From Oscillospiraceae bacterium (GTDB lineage Bacteria > Bacillota > Clostridia > Oscillospirales > CAG-272), in NCBI GenBank assembly GCA_015063455.1, contig SVUC01000001.1:1-50728 (forward strand): a stretch of 50,728 bases of DNA, written 5' to 3'. Below the pieces are notes generated by a model that worked only from the letters and a program-made list of their open reading frames with translations, was not told the origin of the DNA and ran no database searches. The position numbers and the translations under genes are program-made. The stretch's first letter is position 1. The number at the start of each line of letters is the position of its first letter. Below, piece by piece: positions 16,949 through 27,001 of this stretch.

Positions 16949-17206
16949 AATGCAATCCTCGAATCTGATTATTTACCTTATAATATCATAAAACAGTTAA
17001 TAAATTATAGATTTCGATGGAATTTTCGGTAAATAATGATCTGTGTGAATATACATACTTCGGAAGAATACAAATTTATGCAATTTTTGTGTGAAAATAA
17101 AGAAAAAAGTCGTAATATCCTGCATATTTTAATTTTATATGTAATGTGTATATACATTCTGCTGTGCATAATGAATAAAACTTATGAATAATTGTATTGT
17201 TATCCA

Positions 17207-17235
17207 TTGACATACAGAAAAATATGTATTATAAT
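17207..17235 (+). promoter_or_regulatory. Consensus sigma-A promoter (TTGACA-17-TATAAT) for the nusB-led operon
   Basis: TTGACA 17207-17212, an exact 17 nt spacer, and TATAAT 17230-17235, about 90 nt upstream of the nusB ATG. Confidence 0.55.
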
Positions 17236-17325
17236 TAAATATGTATAAATAAAAGTATGCTCTCCGCTGAGTAAAGGCGGAAAAATATAAAAAACCGCGT
17301 GTATAGAGCGGTATGGGAGACAGCT

Positions 17326-17772
17326 ATGTCAGGTAAAACAAGATATTCAAGACATGAACTCAGAGAAGCGGCGTTTAAGATCCTTTTTGCAAGAGAATTT
17401 GACAAGGAAACAGAGCCCGCAGAATTTTATAATCTGTTTGTTGAAGACACCGAGCAGATTGACAATGAATTTGTTAAAAATACGTTTATCGGTGTAATAG
17501 AGAAAAATGCAGAAATTGACACCGAGATCGAATCATATTCTGCAAAATGGAAAATATCCCGTATGTCAACAGCATCAAGATCTGTGCTCAGACTTGCTGT
17601 TTATGAAATGCTCTATACCGATGTTCCGCCGAAGGTTGCGATTAACGAGGCGGTAGAGCTTGTCAAGATATACGATGAGGACAGCGCTCCATCTTTTGTA
17701 AACGGTATTCTCAATAAGATCGCGCGTGAGAGAGGCTTGATCGGAGATACAGCTCCTGCTACAGAGGAATAA
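17326..17772 (+). CDS. nusB: Transcription antitermination factor NusB
   Basis: 'SRHELREAAFKILF', 'RMSTASRSVLRLAVYEMLY...DVPPKVAINEAVELVK' and 'FVNGILNKI' are NusB blocks. GGGAGA SD. Confidence 0.9.
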   Translation: MSGKTRYSRHELREAAFKILFAREFDKETEPAEFYNLFVEDTEQIDNEFVKNTFIGVIEKNAEIDTEIESYSAKWKISRMSTASRSVLRLAVYEMLYTDVPPKVAINEAVELVKIYDEDSAPSFVNGILNKIARERGLIGDTAPATEE

Positions 17773-17773
17773 A

Positions 17774-18751
17774 ATGCTTTTTCTCGGGATCGATACAAGT
17801 AACTATACAACATCTGCTGCAATCTGCGACGAGGACGCGAACATTCTTGCCAATGTAAAGGTTCCGCTTCCTGTTCGTGAGGGTGAGAGAGGACTCAGAC
17901 AAAGTGATGCTGTATTTCATCATGTGAAGAACCTTCCGCTTGCCGCAGAAAGACTGAAAGAGATGCTTTCTGCGTCGGATGAGAGAATAGCAGCAGTAGG
18001 ATGCTCTGTCTCTCCGAGAGATACGGAGGGATCGTATATGCCGTGTTTTCTTTCTGGTCTGGCATCAGCAGAGATGATTTCAGCAACTCACGGGATAAAT
18101 CTCTATCGTGTGTCACATCAGAGAGGTCACATTATGGCTGCTCTTTTGTCAGCTTGCCGAAACTCGGGTGAAAATCCTGAGGAAATGATGAAGCAAAACT
18201 TTATTGCTTTCCACGTTTCCGGTGGTACAACAGATGTCCTTTTGTGTGAGCCTGATCAAGAGCTTGTTTTCAAGGTAACTCAGATCGGCGGATCACGGGA
18301 TATCAATGCAGGACAGGCGATCGACAGAACTGGTGTGCGTATGGGACTTCATTTCCCGTGCGGTGCAGAAATGGATAAAGCCGCATTGACATACGAGGGA
18401 AAACTGAATTCTCCGAAATTGTCGGTATCAGGTACTTGGTGTAATCTTTCGGGACTTGAAAACAAATCCGCAGAGCTTTATCAAAAAAAAGAAGATATTG
18501 CCCAAACATCCGCATATACTCTTGATTTTATTGCAAAAACTCTCGAAAAAATCACCAAAAACGCGATAGAACAGTATGGCTCTCTCCCAATCATATACGC
18601 GGGTGGTGTGATGAGCTCATCTTATATCAGAAAAACATTATCCCAATACGGTATGTTTGCGGACGCACAGTATTCATCAGATAATGCAGCGGGAGTTGCA
18701 GCTCTCGCATCTGTAATCTACAGAAGAGAAAAGAATAATGAACAATATTGA
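17774..18751 (+). CDS. Kae1/TsaD-like (peptidase M22, ASKHA fold) family protein
   Basis: 'LGIDTSNYTTSAAI', 'VSPRDTEGSYMPCF', 'SHQRGHI' and 'FHVSGGTTDV' resemble the glycoprotease/ASKHA family. The exact function is unclear. Confidence 0.5.
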   Translation: MLFLGIDTSNYTTSAAICDEDANILANVKVPLPVREGERGLRQSDAVFHHVKNLPLAAERLKEMLSASDERIAAVGCSVSPRDTEGSYMPCFLSGLASAEMISATHGINLYRVSHQRGHIMAALLSACRNSGENPEEMMKQNFIAFHVSGGTTDVLLCEPDQELVFKVTQIGGSRDINAGQAIDRTGVRMGLHFPCGAEMDKAALTYEGKLNSPKLSVSGTWCNLSGLENKSAELYQKKEDIAQTSAYTLDFIAKTLEKITKNAIEQYGSLPIIYAGGVMSSSYIRKTLSQYGMFADAQYSSDNAAGVAALASVIYRREKNNEQY

Positions 18752-19991
18752 TGGTATGAATATATCTCCCGACAGATTTCCGGGAGCTTTGACGGTAACT
18801 CAGCTCAACGAGTATGTTAAAAGAATAATCGAAACAACTCCGCAGCTTACCGATGTATATGTCAAAGGCGAAATATCGAATTTCAAGAATCACTACAGTA
18901 CGGGACACTTCTATTTTACACTCAAAGATGAGGGCGGACAACTAAGAGCAGTAATGTTCAAGTCATCCGCGTCAAAAATGAAGTTCATTCCGGAAGACGG
19001 TATGAAGGTCACTGCACACGGCAGAATATCCGCATTTGTTCGTGACGGTACATATCAGATATACTGTGATTCTATGGAGCCCGACGGAGTCGGGGCACTT
19101 TATGTTGCATTTGAACAGCTCAAAAAGAAGCTCGAATATGAAGGCCTTTTCGATCAGTCGAGAAAGAAGCCTCTTCCCAAAATCCCGCGCAGAGTAGGAA
19201 TTATTACGTCCGCAACCGGTGCGGCGATCAGAGATATGATAAACGTATGCGGAAGACGTTTTCCGTATGCGAAGCTCGTTCTATATCCCTCGCTTGTTCA
19301 GGGACCTGACGCACCGCCGCAGCTTATCGCGGGCATGAATTATTTCAACGCTACAAAAAGCGTTGACGTAATCATAATCGGACGAGGTGGCGGATCTATT
19401 GAGGACCTGTGGGCTTTCAATGATGAAGGGCTTGCGAGAGTCGTCGCATCTTCTCAGATTCCCGTAATTTCTGCAGTAGGACACGAAACGGACTTTACAA
19501 TATGCGATTTTGTCGCAGATAAACGTGCGCCGACCCCTTCAGCAGCTGCCGAGCTTGCCGTTCCCGAAACAAATGAGCTCAAGAGGAAGATCTCAAATAT
19601 CATTACACGCGAAGCTGATGTTATCTCAATGATGCTCAGACAGCACCGCGAAAAGCTTTCTTCACTCTCTAAGAATCGTGCAATGACAAACCCAATGAAT
19701 TTTATAGATGACAGACGAATGAGTACAGATCTTTTGTATGACCGTCTTGTCAGAGCAGAGTCGCGTGTCATTGAAATGAAAAAGGCTGATATGGGAAAGG
19801 AAGCGGGAAAGCTCAATGCATTAAATCCGCTGTCAGTGATATCAAGAGGGTACAGCGCTGTTTACAAGGATGACGGATCGCTTGTAAAGAAGATCGACGA
19901 CGTTGCTGTCGGAGATAAGATCGAATTCAAAACTATCGGCGGCGAAGCTTTATGCACCGTCGAAGAAATTAAGAAAACAGATATGAATTAA
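18738..19991 (+). CDS. xseA: Exodeoxyribonuclease VII large subunit
   Basis: OB-fold N-terminus 'VKGEISNFKNHYSTGHFYFTLKD', then 'IGIITSATGAAIRD', 'IIIGRGGGSIEDLWAFN' and 'PVISAVGHETDFT'. Confidence 0.9.
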   Translation: MNNIDGMNISPDRFPGALTVTQLNEYVKRIIETTPQLTDVYVKGEISNFKNHYSTGHFYFTLKDEGGQLRAVMFKSSASKMKFIPEDGMKVTAHGRISAFVRDGTYQIYCDSMEPDGVGALYVAFEQLKKKLEYEGLFDQSRKKPLPKIPRRVGIITSATGAAIRDMINVCGRRFPYAKLVLYPSLVQGPDAPPQLIAGMNYFNATKSVDVIIIGRGGGSIEDLWAFNDEGLARVVASSQIPVISAVGHETDFTICDFVADKRAPTPSAAAELAVPETNELKRKISNIITREADVISMMLRQHREKLSSLSKNRAMTNPMNFIDDRRMSTDLLYDRLVRAESRVIEMKKADMGKEAGKLNALNPLSVISRGYSAVYKDDGSLVKKIDDVAVGDKIEFKTIGGEALCTVEEIKKTDMN

Positions 19992-20014
19992 TCATTCATT
20001 GAGGATAAATAGAT

Positions 20015-20239
20015 ATGGAAAATAATGAAATGACCTTTGAGGTCGCAATTGCAAGGCTTGAAGAGATCGTTAGAATGCTTGAGGGCGGCAATGCACCTCT
20101 TGACCAGTCACTTGCAATGTTTGAAGAAGGGGTTGCACTTGTCAAGCTTTGCAACTCACGTCTTGATACAGCAGAACAGAAAGTAAAGATTCTGACCTCC
20201 GCAGGAGACGGTACTCTTGTGGAAGCAGACATGAAATGA
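20015..20239 (+). CDS. xseB: Exodeoxyribonuclease VII small subunit
   Basis: 74 aa. 'FEVAIARLEEIVRMLEGGNAPLDQSLAMFEEGVALVKLC' is a typical XseB sequence. Confidence 0.9.
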   Translation: MENNEMTFEVAIARLEEIVRMLEGGNAPLDQSLAMFEEGVALVKLCNSRLDTAEQKVKILTSAGDGTLVEADMK

Positions 20240-20266
20240 ACACAGAATAACGAAAGATGTGTGATA

Positions 20267-21163
20267 ATGGATAATACTGCAACAAATTTGGTAGAAAACG
20301 CTCTTCGTGAAGCAGCGGAAAAAGTAGAGCTCGCTCTCGCAGGATATCTCTCTGAAGCATACACGGGAAACACTGTTGTGGCCGAGGCTATGAGATATTC
20401 AACTCTCGGCGGAGGAAAGAGAATTCGTGCATTTTTAGTGCTTGAATTCTGCAGATTGTTCGGTGGGAAAGAGGAAGCGGCAATGCCGTTTGCCTGTGCA
20501 CTCGAATGTGTTCACGCATATTCACTTATTCACGATGATCTTCCGTGTATGGATGACGATGATCTCAGACGGGGCAAGCCATCGTGCCATAAGAAATTCG
20601 GAGAGGCAGAAGCTCTTCTTGCGGGTGACGGACTTCTCACCCTTGCATTTGAGATTGCTGCATCAAATGTATACGTTTCTCATAAATCTGTCAGACTTGC
20701 AATTTCAGAGCTTGCACACGAAGCAGGCGCTGTTGGTATGGTCGGCGGGCAGACACTTGATCTTCAGGGAAACGTAAGTACATACGCTGATCTTAAAGAG
20801 ATCTATCTTAAGAAAACAAGTGCTCTCATTCGTGCAGCGTGCCTTCTCGGGTATTTTGCAGCTTGTGATAAGCCTTCAAAGCGCGATATCGACAGCATAG
20901 GATTGTACGCTGATGCAATAGGACTTGCATTCCAGATCCACGATGATATTCTTGACGTGAAGAGTGATACCGCAACTCTCGGAAAAGAAGTCGGAAGTGA
21001 TGAAAAGAACAATAAGAAGACATCACTGAAATTTATGAAGCTTGAGGATGCAGAGGAAGAAGAAACTCTTCTCACTCTTCTTGCGGTTGAAGCAATTTCC
21101 GAGTATCCGAAGAGTGAGATTCTTTGTAAGCTCGCTATTTGGCTTCTTTCAAGAAACAAATGA
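20267..21163 (+). CDS. ispA: Farnesyl/geranylgeranyl diphosphate synthase (polyprenyl synthetase)
   Basis: First and second Asp-rich motifs 'LIHDDLPCMDDDDLRRG' and 'FQIHDDILD'. Position after xseB matches the Bacillus/Clostridium gene order. Confidence 0.85.
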   Translation: MDNTATNLVENALREAAEKVELALAGYLSEAYTGNTVVAEAMRYSTLGGGKRIRAFLVLEFCRLFGGKEEAAMPFACALECVHAYSLIHDDLPCMDDDDLRRGKPSCHKKFGEAEALLAGDGLLTLAFEIAASNVYVSHKSVRLAISELAHEAGAVGMVGGQTLDLQGNVSTYADLKEIYLKKTSALIRAACLLGYFAACDKPSKRDIDSIGLYADAIGLAFQIHDDILDVKSDTATLGKEVGSDEKNNKKTSLKFMKLEDAEEEETLLTLLAVEAISEYPKSEILCKLAIWLLSRNK

Positions 21164-21933
21164 GACTTGATCTTTATTTGGCAAAAAACGGACTTGCGAA
21201 AAGCAGGAGCCGTGCCGCAGAGCTTATCTCAGGCGGATTCGTGACAGTTAATGGAATTGTTGTCACTAAAAATTCGTTTGACGTGGGCGATAACTCTTCA
21301 GTTTCAGTGATAGGTGAAGAGCACAGCTTTGTCGGACGAGGCGGAATGAAGCTTGATGCTGCCCTGGCTGAGTTCAAAATTGACGTAAGCGGGAAGATCT
21401 GTGCTGATATTGGAGCATCAACAGGTGGATTTACCGATTGCCTTCTCAGACGAGGTGCGTCGCACGTTTTCGCAGTTGATTCGGGACACGATCAGCTCGA
21501 TCTCTCCCTTAGAGAAGATACACGTGTAACAAATATTGAAAACTGCAACGCACGATATTTGACTAAGGAGATCATTCCCGAAAAATGCTCGATCGTTGTG
21601 TGTGACCTCTCCTTTATTTCGCAATCGCTGGTTATTCCTGCGATAAGCCGAATCATTGCTGACGGCGGATATTTTGTATCACTTATAAAGCCGCAGTTTG
21701 AGTGCGGAAGAGAAGCACTCGGAAAAGGCGGCATCGTCAAAGATAAAAAGCAGCATTTGGCTGCAATCAGAAAAATACTTGAGGCGGCAGCAGAAAATAA
21801 CCTTGCACCTCAAAAAATTATGAAATCTCCGATCAAAGGCGGAGACGGTAATACTGAATTTTTGTTTTTCGCGGTAAGCGGCGGCAAAGCTCAGGTTACA
21901 GAAAAAGACATCGGGGAGGCAGTTAATGAATAA
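21160..21933 (+). CDS. tlyA: TlyA-family rRNA (cytidine-2'-O)-methyltransferase
   Basis: S4 domain 'MRLDLYLAKNGLAKSRSRAAELI', SAM motif 'CADIGASTGGFTD' and 'DLSFIS'. ATGA overlap with the ispA stop. Confidence 0.85.
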   Translation: MRLDLYLAKNGLAKSRSRAAELISGGFVTVNGIVVTKNSFDVGDNSSVSVIGEEHSFVGRGGMKLDAALAEFKIDVSGKICADIGASTGGFTDCLLRRGASHVFAVDSGHDQLDLSLREDTRVTNIENCNARYLTKEIIPEKCSIVVCDLSFISQSLVIPAISRIIADGGYFVSLIKPQFECGREALGKGGIVKDKKQHLAAIRKILEAAAENNLAPQKIMKSPIKGGDGNTEFLFFAVSGGKAQVTEKDIGEAVNE

Positions 21934-22792
21934 GATAAAAAATTTCATACTGATACCCAATACATCCAAAAAGATTCCAAAAGAGAATATTGCTTCACTG
22001 ATAGAACGAATCATATCGGCGGGCGGCACAATATACGTTTTCCGTGACGAATTTGATGATTGCGCTTCGGATAAGGTAAAGAGTATTTCTTCTGATTCTG
22101 AAATCTCGGCGTGTCAAGCCGCAATTGTACTCGGGGGAGACGGTTCAATAATCGAGGCCGCTCACAGACTTCTCGAATATCAGATGCCCATTATTGGTAT
22201 CAATTTCGGACACGTTGGTTTTCTCAGTGAACTCGAAATTAATGAAACAGCTCTTATAGATAAGCTTATCAGCGGTGAATATCTTGTAAGTGAGAGAATG
22301 ATGCTTGATGCATCCGTGATCGATAAAAACGGAGAGGTCAGAGTAAATTTTACAGTTCTCAATGACCTTGTTCTCACAAACGGTCCGGTTTCGAGGCTTA
22401 TTAAATTCGATGTGTGCTGTGACGGAATCAAAATTGAGACCTGCCGTGCTGACGGAACGATAATTTCAACCCCGACAGGTTCAACCGCATATTCTTTGTC
22501 GGCAGGCGGCCCTATTCTCGAGCCGTCACTTGAAGGAATATGCCTCACCCCTATATGTCCGCATACTCTCAACAGCAGACCTGTAATTTTTCGCGCAGAT
22601 TCAACAATAACGATAAATAACATTATTGATAATAATTCCACGGTATTTTTTAATGCAGACGGACGTGACGTTCTCCGTATTTACCAAGGTGATTCGATTG
22701 AAATACGCCGTTCGGAATATAAAACAAAGCTTATCCGCGTAAAAGAAGGCGGATTCCTCGGCGTGCTTCATACAAAGCTGTCCGAAAATTAA
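21926..22792 (+). CDS. nadK: NAD kinase
   Basis: 'VLGGDGSII', 'GINFGHVGFL' and 'ADGTIISTPTGSTAYSLSAGGPI' motifs. Confidence 0.9.
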   Translation: MNKIKNFILIPNTSKKIPKENIASLIERIISAGGTIYVFRDEFDDCASDKVKSISSDSEISACQAAIVLGGDGSIIEAAHRLLEYQMPIIGINFGHVGFLSELEINETALIDKLISGEYLVSERMMLDASVIDKNGEVRVNFTVLNDLVLTNGPVSRLIKFDVCCDGIKIETCRADGTIISTPTGSTAYSLSAGGPILEPSLEGICLTPICPHTLNSRPVIFRADSTITINNIIDNNSTVFFNADGRDVLRIYQGDSIEIRRSEYKTKLIRVKEGGFLGVLHTKLSEN

Positions 22793-22845
22793 TCTGTTAA
22801 CAAATATTTTCAATATAACCGGATTTCCGGTCGAAAGGGACTGAC

Positions 22846-23298
22846 ATGAAAGTAAAGAGACACAACAAAATACTCGAGATAATCGAGAATTACAACATCG
22901 AAACTCAGGAGGAGCTGATCGCTAAGCTCAAGCTTGCAGGATTTGATGTAACACAGGCAACAATATCGAGAGATATCAGAGAGCTCAAGCTTCTCAAGCA
23001 GATGTCAGATATGGGTACATACAAATATGTTGTTCCGAAGAATAACTCGGGAGAACATCACCATGTGTACAGCCGTGCTATTGCAAGCTCGATAAAGAGT
23101 GTTGATTCGTCATATAACGATATCGTTATCAAGACATATCCCGGTATGGCTCAGGCAGTTGCTGCAGGAGTTGATTCTCTTCACGAGACAGATATTCTCG
23201 GATGCGTAGCGGGGGATGACTGTATCATTATTGTAACCCGTGATACAGAATCTGCCATCGCAATAGCACACAGAATTACAAAACTCATTAATTCGTAA
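22846..23298 (+). CDS. argR: Arginine repressor
   Basis: 'RHNKILEIIENYNIETQEELIAKLKLAGFDVTQATISRDIRELKL' and the C-terminal block 'GCVAGDDCIIIV'. Confidence 0.9.
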   Translation: MKVKRHNKILEIIENYNIETQEELIAKLKLAGFDVTQATISRDIRELKLLKQMSDMGTYKYVVPKNNSGEHHHVYSRAIASSIKSVDSSYNDIVIKTYPGMAQAVAAGVDSLHETDILGCVAGDDCIIIVTRDTESAIAIAHRITKLINS

Positions 23299-23327
23299 TT
23301 ATTAAAACTTGATCGGAGTGAAAAGAT

Positions 23328-25034
23328 ATGCTTTGGAACTTGTATATAGAAAATATCGCCGTTGCAAAGCAGCTTGATATTGAGTTCAATGACGGATTTA
23401 CCGTTTTGACGGGACAAACCGGTGCGGGCAAATCTATTATAATAGACAGTCTTCTTCTCCTATGCGGAGCAAAAAACGGACGTGAGCTTATCAGAACAGG
23501 CGAGGAACGCGCTTATGTTTCTGCAATATTTCACACCTCTGACTCTGAGAAGATGCGGCTTGAAGCACTTGGATATTCACCTGATGAAAACGGTGAGATT
23601 CAGGTTTCCCGTCAGATAAACTCAGACGGAAGATCTGTCGCTAAGATAGGAAAGCGTTCTGTGCCTCTTTCTGCGCTAAAGGAAATTTCACAGATACTTA
23701 TCAATATTCAGACTCAGACAGAACGAAGCGCATTTGCTGATAAATCGACGTATGTTTCGCTCATAGATATGTTTGCGGATTCCGCAGAAGAATTACGCGA
23801 ATATTCCGAGCACTATTCCGTCCTCACTGAAGTGAGAGGTAAGATCGACGAGTTGAAATCCGCGATGAAAGAGCGCGATATAATGCTCGATATCCTTCGC
23901 TATCAGAAAAAAGAGATCGAGTCCGCAAAGCTGACCGCTGACGATGAAGAAGAGAGACTGATCCGCCTCAGAAATAAGTTGAAATCTGCTGAGAGGGTTT
24001 CAAAATATGCGGGCGTCGTCACAAAAGCACTCGCCTACAGTGAAAAGGGCGCGACTGTCGTGTATCTTCTTGAACGTGCAGAAGCGGCGCTGACTCAGCT
24101 TTCTGATGTGGTCGAGGGGGCAGACGAGATGATCGCCAAGCTCTCAAACTTCAGATACGAAGTTATTGATATTGCAGAGCAGATCAAGGATGCGTTTGAT
24201 GATGAGATTCTTGAAAATCCTGCTGAGAAGCTGACACAGATCGAATCGAGACTGTCTCTCATAGAACGTCTTGAAAAGAAATACGGCGCAACGATTCCCG
24301 AGATCAAAGCAAAGAGAGCAGAGATCGCGGCGCGAATAGCCGATCTTGAAGAAGGCGATATTAAGCTTACAGAGCTTGAAAGGGAGCTTTCGGCAATTAA
24401 AGAAAAGGCTGCACAAGCGGCAGCGAAGCTATCTGCAAAAAGATCATCTGCCGCAGCAAAGCTTGCAGACGAGATCGCAGGATCACTCAAATTCCTTGAT
24501 ATGCCGAAGGTCAGATTCAAGATATCAGTCGTTCCTGTGAGAGAAAAAACAGGTGAGCCTGTTTTCAAGGCTGACGGATGCGACGACGTCGATTTTCTCA
24601 TCTCGGTCAACGTTGGGGAGGAAATGCAGTCTCTCGGTAAGGTATCCTCGGGCGGAGAGCTCTCACGAATTACTTTGGCGATAAAGACCGCGCTCGCTGA
24701 AAAAAATGATTCCGGAACACTTGTGTTCGATGAAATCGACGCGGGTGTATCAGGCGGAACATCTGAGAGGATCGGTATTATGCTCGACCGACTCGGAAAA
24801 AATGCACAGGTGATCTCGGTAACCCATTCACCTCAGATAGCATCTATCGCATCAACTCATTTCCTTATAAGTAAGAGAGAAATTGACGGAAGAACCGAAA
24901 GCTCTGTCAGAGAGATTACAGGCGATGAAAGAACAGCGGAGATCGCACGAATAATCGGCGGAATATCGGTAACAGAAAAGCAAACAGCAGCCGCACAGGA
25001 AATGCTGAATAAAAACGTAAACAATTTCAATTAA
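23328..25034 (+). CDS. recN: DNA repair protein RecN
   Basis: Walker A 'GQTGAGKSI', a long coiled-coil middle region, then 'SGGELSRITLAIK' and 'LVFDEIDAGVSG'. Confidence 0.95.
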   Translation: MLWNLYIENIAVAKQLDIEFNDGFTVLTGQTGAGKSIIIDSLLLLCGAKNGRELIRTGEERAYVSAIFHTSDSEKMRLEALGYSPDENGEIQVSRQINSDGRSVAKIGKRSVPLSALKEISQILINIQTQTERSAFADKSTYVSLIDMFADSAEELREYSEHYSVLTEVRGKIDELKSAMKERDIMLDILRYQKKEIESAKLTADDEEERLIRLRNKLKSAERVSKYAGVVTKALAYSEKGATVVYLLERAEAALTQLSDVVEGADEMIAKLSNFRYEVIDIAEQIKDAFDDEILENPAEKLTQIESRLSLIERLEKKYGATIPEIKAKRAEIAARIADLEEGDIKLTELERELSAIKEKAAQAAAKLSAKRSSAAAKLADEIAGSLKFLDMPKVRFKISVVPVREKTGEPVFKADGCDDVDFLISVNVGEEMQSLGKVSSGGELSRITLAIKTALAEKNDSGTLVFDEIDAGVSGGTSERIGIMLDRLGKNAQVISVTHSPQIASIASTHFLISKREIDGRTESSVREITGDERTAEIARIIGGISVTEKQTAAAQEMLNKNVNNFN

Positions 25035-25055
25035 CAATAAAAACAGGAGTAAAAA

Positions 25056-26282
25056 ATGACACTTTTTGACGAACTTAAAGCGCGTGGTCTTATCGCGCAG
25101 ATGACAGACGAAGAACAGATCAAGGACCTTATCAATAACGGTAAGGCAACATTCTATATCGGATTTGACCCGACTGCAGACTCACTTCACGTAGGTCACT
25201 TTATGGCACTCTGCCTCATGAAGAGACTTCAGATGGCGGGTAACCGTCCCATCGCCCTCATCGGCGGCGGAACAGCAATGATCGGTGACCCCTCAGGAAG
25301 AACAGATATGCGTTCTATGATGACTCGCGAAACTATTCAGCATAACTGTGATTGCTTTAAAAAGCAGATGGAACGCTTTATCGAATTTGGTGAAGGTAAG
25401 GCAATGATGGTTAACAATGCCGATTGGCTTCTCGACCTCAATTATATTGATGTTCTTCGCGAAGTTGGTGCTTGTTTCTCAGTAAATAATATGCTCAGAG
25501 CAGAATGCTATAAGCAGAGAATGGAAAAGGGACTTTCTTTCCTTGAATTCAACTACATGATCATGCAGTCATACGACTTCTACTACCTCTACAAGAACTA
25601 CAACTGTAACTTCCAGTTTGGCGGTAACGATCAGTGGTCTAATATGCTCGGCGGTACTGAGCTTATCAGAAGAAAGCTTGGAGAAGACGCTCACGCTATG
25701 ACAATCACTCTTCTTCTCAACTCCGAAGGAAAGAAGATGGGTAAAACAGCATCCGGTGCAGTATGGCTCGATCCTAATAAGACATCTCCCTTCGATTTCT
25801 ACCAGTACTGGAGAAATGTTGCAGACTCCGATGTGCTCAAGTGTATCCGTATGCTCACATTCCTTCCTATCGAAGAGATCGACGCAATGGATTCCTGGGA
25901 AGGAAGCCAGCTCAATACAGCTAAAGAGATCCTCGCATACGAGCTTACAAAGCTTGTTCACGGTGAAGAAGAAGCTGCAAAAGCTCAGGCTGCTGCAAAA
26001 GCTCTCTTTGCAAACGGCGGTATGAATACTGAAAATATGCCCACAACAACTCTTTCCGCAGAAGACTTTACAGATGGTAAGATCCTCGTTATTGATATGC
26101 TTCTCAAGTCCAAGCTCGCTGCATCTAAGTCTGAAGCAAGACGACTTATCCAGCAGGGCGGCGTATTCGTTGCTGATGTGAAGACTGATTCTCTCGATGC
26201 CACAGTAGAAGAATCTGCATTTGATGGTGACGGTATTATCGTTAAGAAGGGTAAGAAGACCTTCCACAAGTTTACAAAGTAA
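25056..26282 (+). CDS. tyrS: Tyrosine--tRNA ligase
   Basis: HIGH motif 'SLHVGH', 'KMGKT' (KMSKS) motif, 'GGNDQW', and a C-terminal S4-like domain 'SEARRLIQQGGV'. Confidence 0.95.
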   Translation: MTLFDELKARGLIAQMTDEEQIKDLINNGKATFYIGFDPTADSLHVGHFMALCLMKRLQMAGNRPIALIGGGTAMIGDPSGRTDMRSMMTRETIQHNCDCFKKQMERFIEFGEGKAMMVNNADWLLDLNYIDVLREVGACFSVNNMLRAECYKQRMEKGLSFLEFNYMIMQSYDFYYLYKNYNCNFQFGGNDQWSNMLGGTELIRRKLGEDAHAMTITLLLNSEGKKMGKTASGAVWLDPNKTSPFDFYQYWRNVADSDVLKCIRMLTFLPIEEIDAMDSWEGSQLNTAKEILAYELTKLVHGEEEAAKAQAAAKALFANGGMNTENMPTTTLSAEDFTDGKILVIDMLLKSKLAASKSEARRLIQQGGVFVADVKTDSLDATVEESAFDGDGIIVKKGKKTFHKFTK

Positions 26283-26291
26283 TTGCTATCT

Positions 26292-26990
26292 ATGAAAAAA
26301 TATGAATATCTTCTGTTCGATGCCGACAATACTCTCCTTGATTTTTCAAAGGCTGAATACCTTGCTTTTCGTGAGACGTGCTCGGCATCGGGCATAGAAT
26401 TCTCGGAAGAACTTTATTCAACATATTCCGAGATAAACGACAGCCTTTGGAAGAAGATAGAAAAAAAAGAAATCACACTCGATTTTCTGAAGCTTGAGAG
26501 ATTCAGACTATTGCTTCGTTCAATTGGAAACGAGGAATGTGAAGAAACTCTCAAAAAGGCAGGAGAGATGCGTGACCTGTATATTGAATCTCTCGCTGAG
26601 CAGTCGTGCCTTATCGACGGCGCTGAGGAATGTGTTGCGGCTCTTTCGAAAAAATATAAAATGTATATCGTTACGAACGGAATCGCAAAAATCCAGCGAA
26701 AGAGATTTTTCGCATCTTCAATAAAGCAGTACTTTAGTGAGATATTTATTTCGGAAGAAATCGGAGCTGCAAAGCCCTCACCGCTGTTTTTCGATCAGGT
26801 CCTTGAGAGGATCGGAGAGAGCGACAGATCAAAATATCTCGTTATTGGGGATTCACTCACGTCAGATTGCGACGGTGCGATAGGATACGGGATTGATATT
26901 TGTCGGTACAATCCGAATAATTTGCCTGACAATGGCAGAAAACTTACATATAATATAGAGAAGCTCTCAGAGCTTAACGAAATATTATAA
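26292..26990 (+). CDS. HAD-superfamily hydrolase, YjjG-like nucleotidase family
   Basis: 'LLFDADNTLLDF' (DxD motif I), 'IVTNG', 'GAAKPSP' and 'VIGDSLTSDCDGA'. Confidence 0.7.
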   Translation: MKKYEYLLFDADNTLLDFSKAEYLAFRETCSASGIEFSEELYSTYSEINDSLWKKIEKKEITLDFLKLERFRLLLRSIGNEECEETLKKAGEMRDLYIESLAEQSCLIDGAEECVAALSKKYKMYIVTNGIAKIQRKRFFASSIKQYFSEIFISEEIGAAKPSPLFFDQVLERIGESDRSKYLVIGDSLTSDCDGAIGYGIDICRYNPNNLPDNGRKLTYNIEKLSELNEIL

Positions 26991-27001
26991 CGGAGGCGCG
27001 A

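Noticed and set aside
17250-17325. A 'TGCTCTCCGC' sequence and two small hairpins (tccgc...gcgga; accgc...gcggt) in the nusB leader, considered as a BoxA-like autoregulatory element.
   Set aside because: Only 6 nt resemble BoxA (TGCTCTTTAACAA). The stems are 5 bp, so the resemblance is too weak to claim without comparative data.
25569-26267. 232 aa ORF antisense to tyrS. Similar long antisense ORFs occur at 24095-24610 (recN), 22180-22641 (nadK), 37981-38625 (array copy 1), 29067-29561 (dnaE) and 19996-20373.
   Set aside because: Each lies entirely within a confidently identified gene on the other strand. Each has a Ser/Cys/Leu/Phe-rich, low-complexity or random-looking translation and lacks an SD sequence or a recognisable motif. 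They are typical shadow ORFs.
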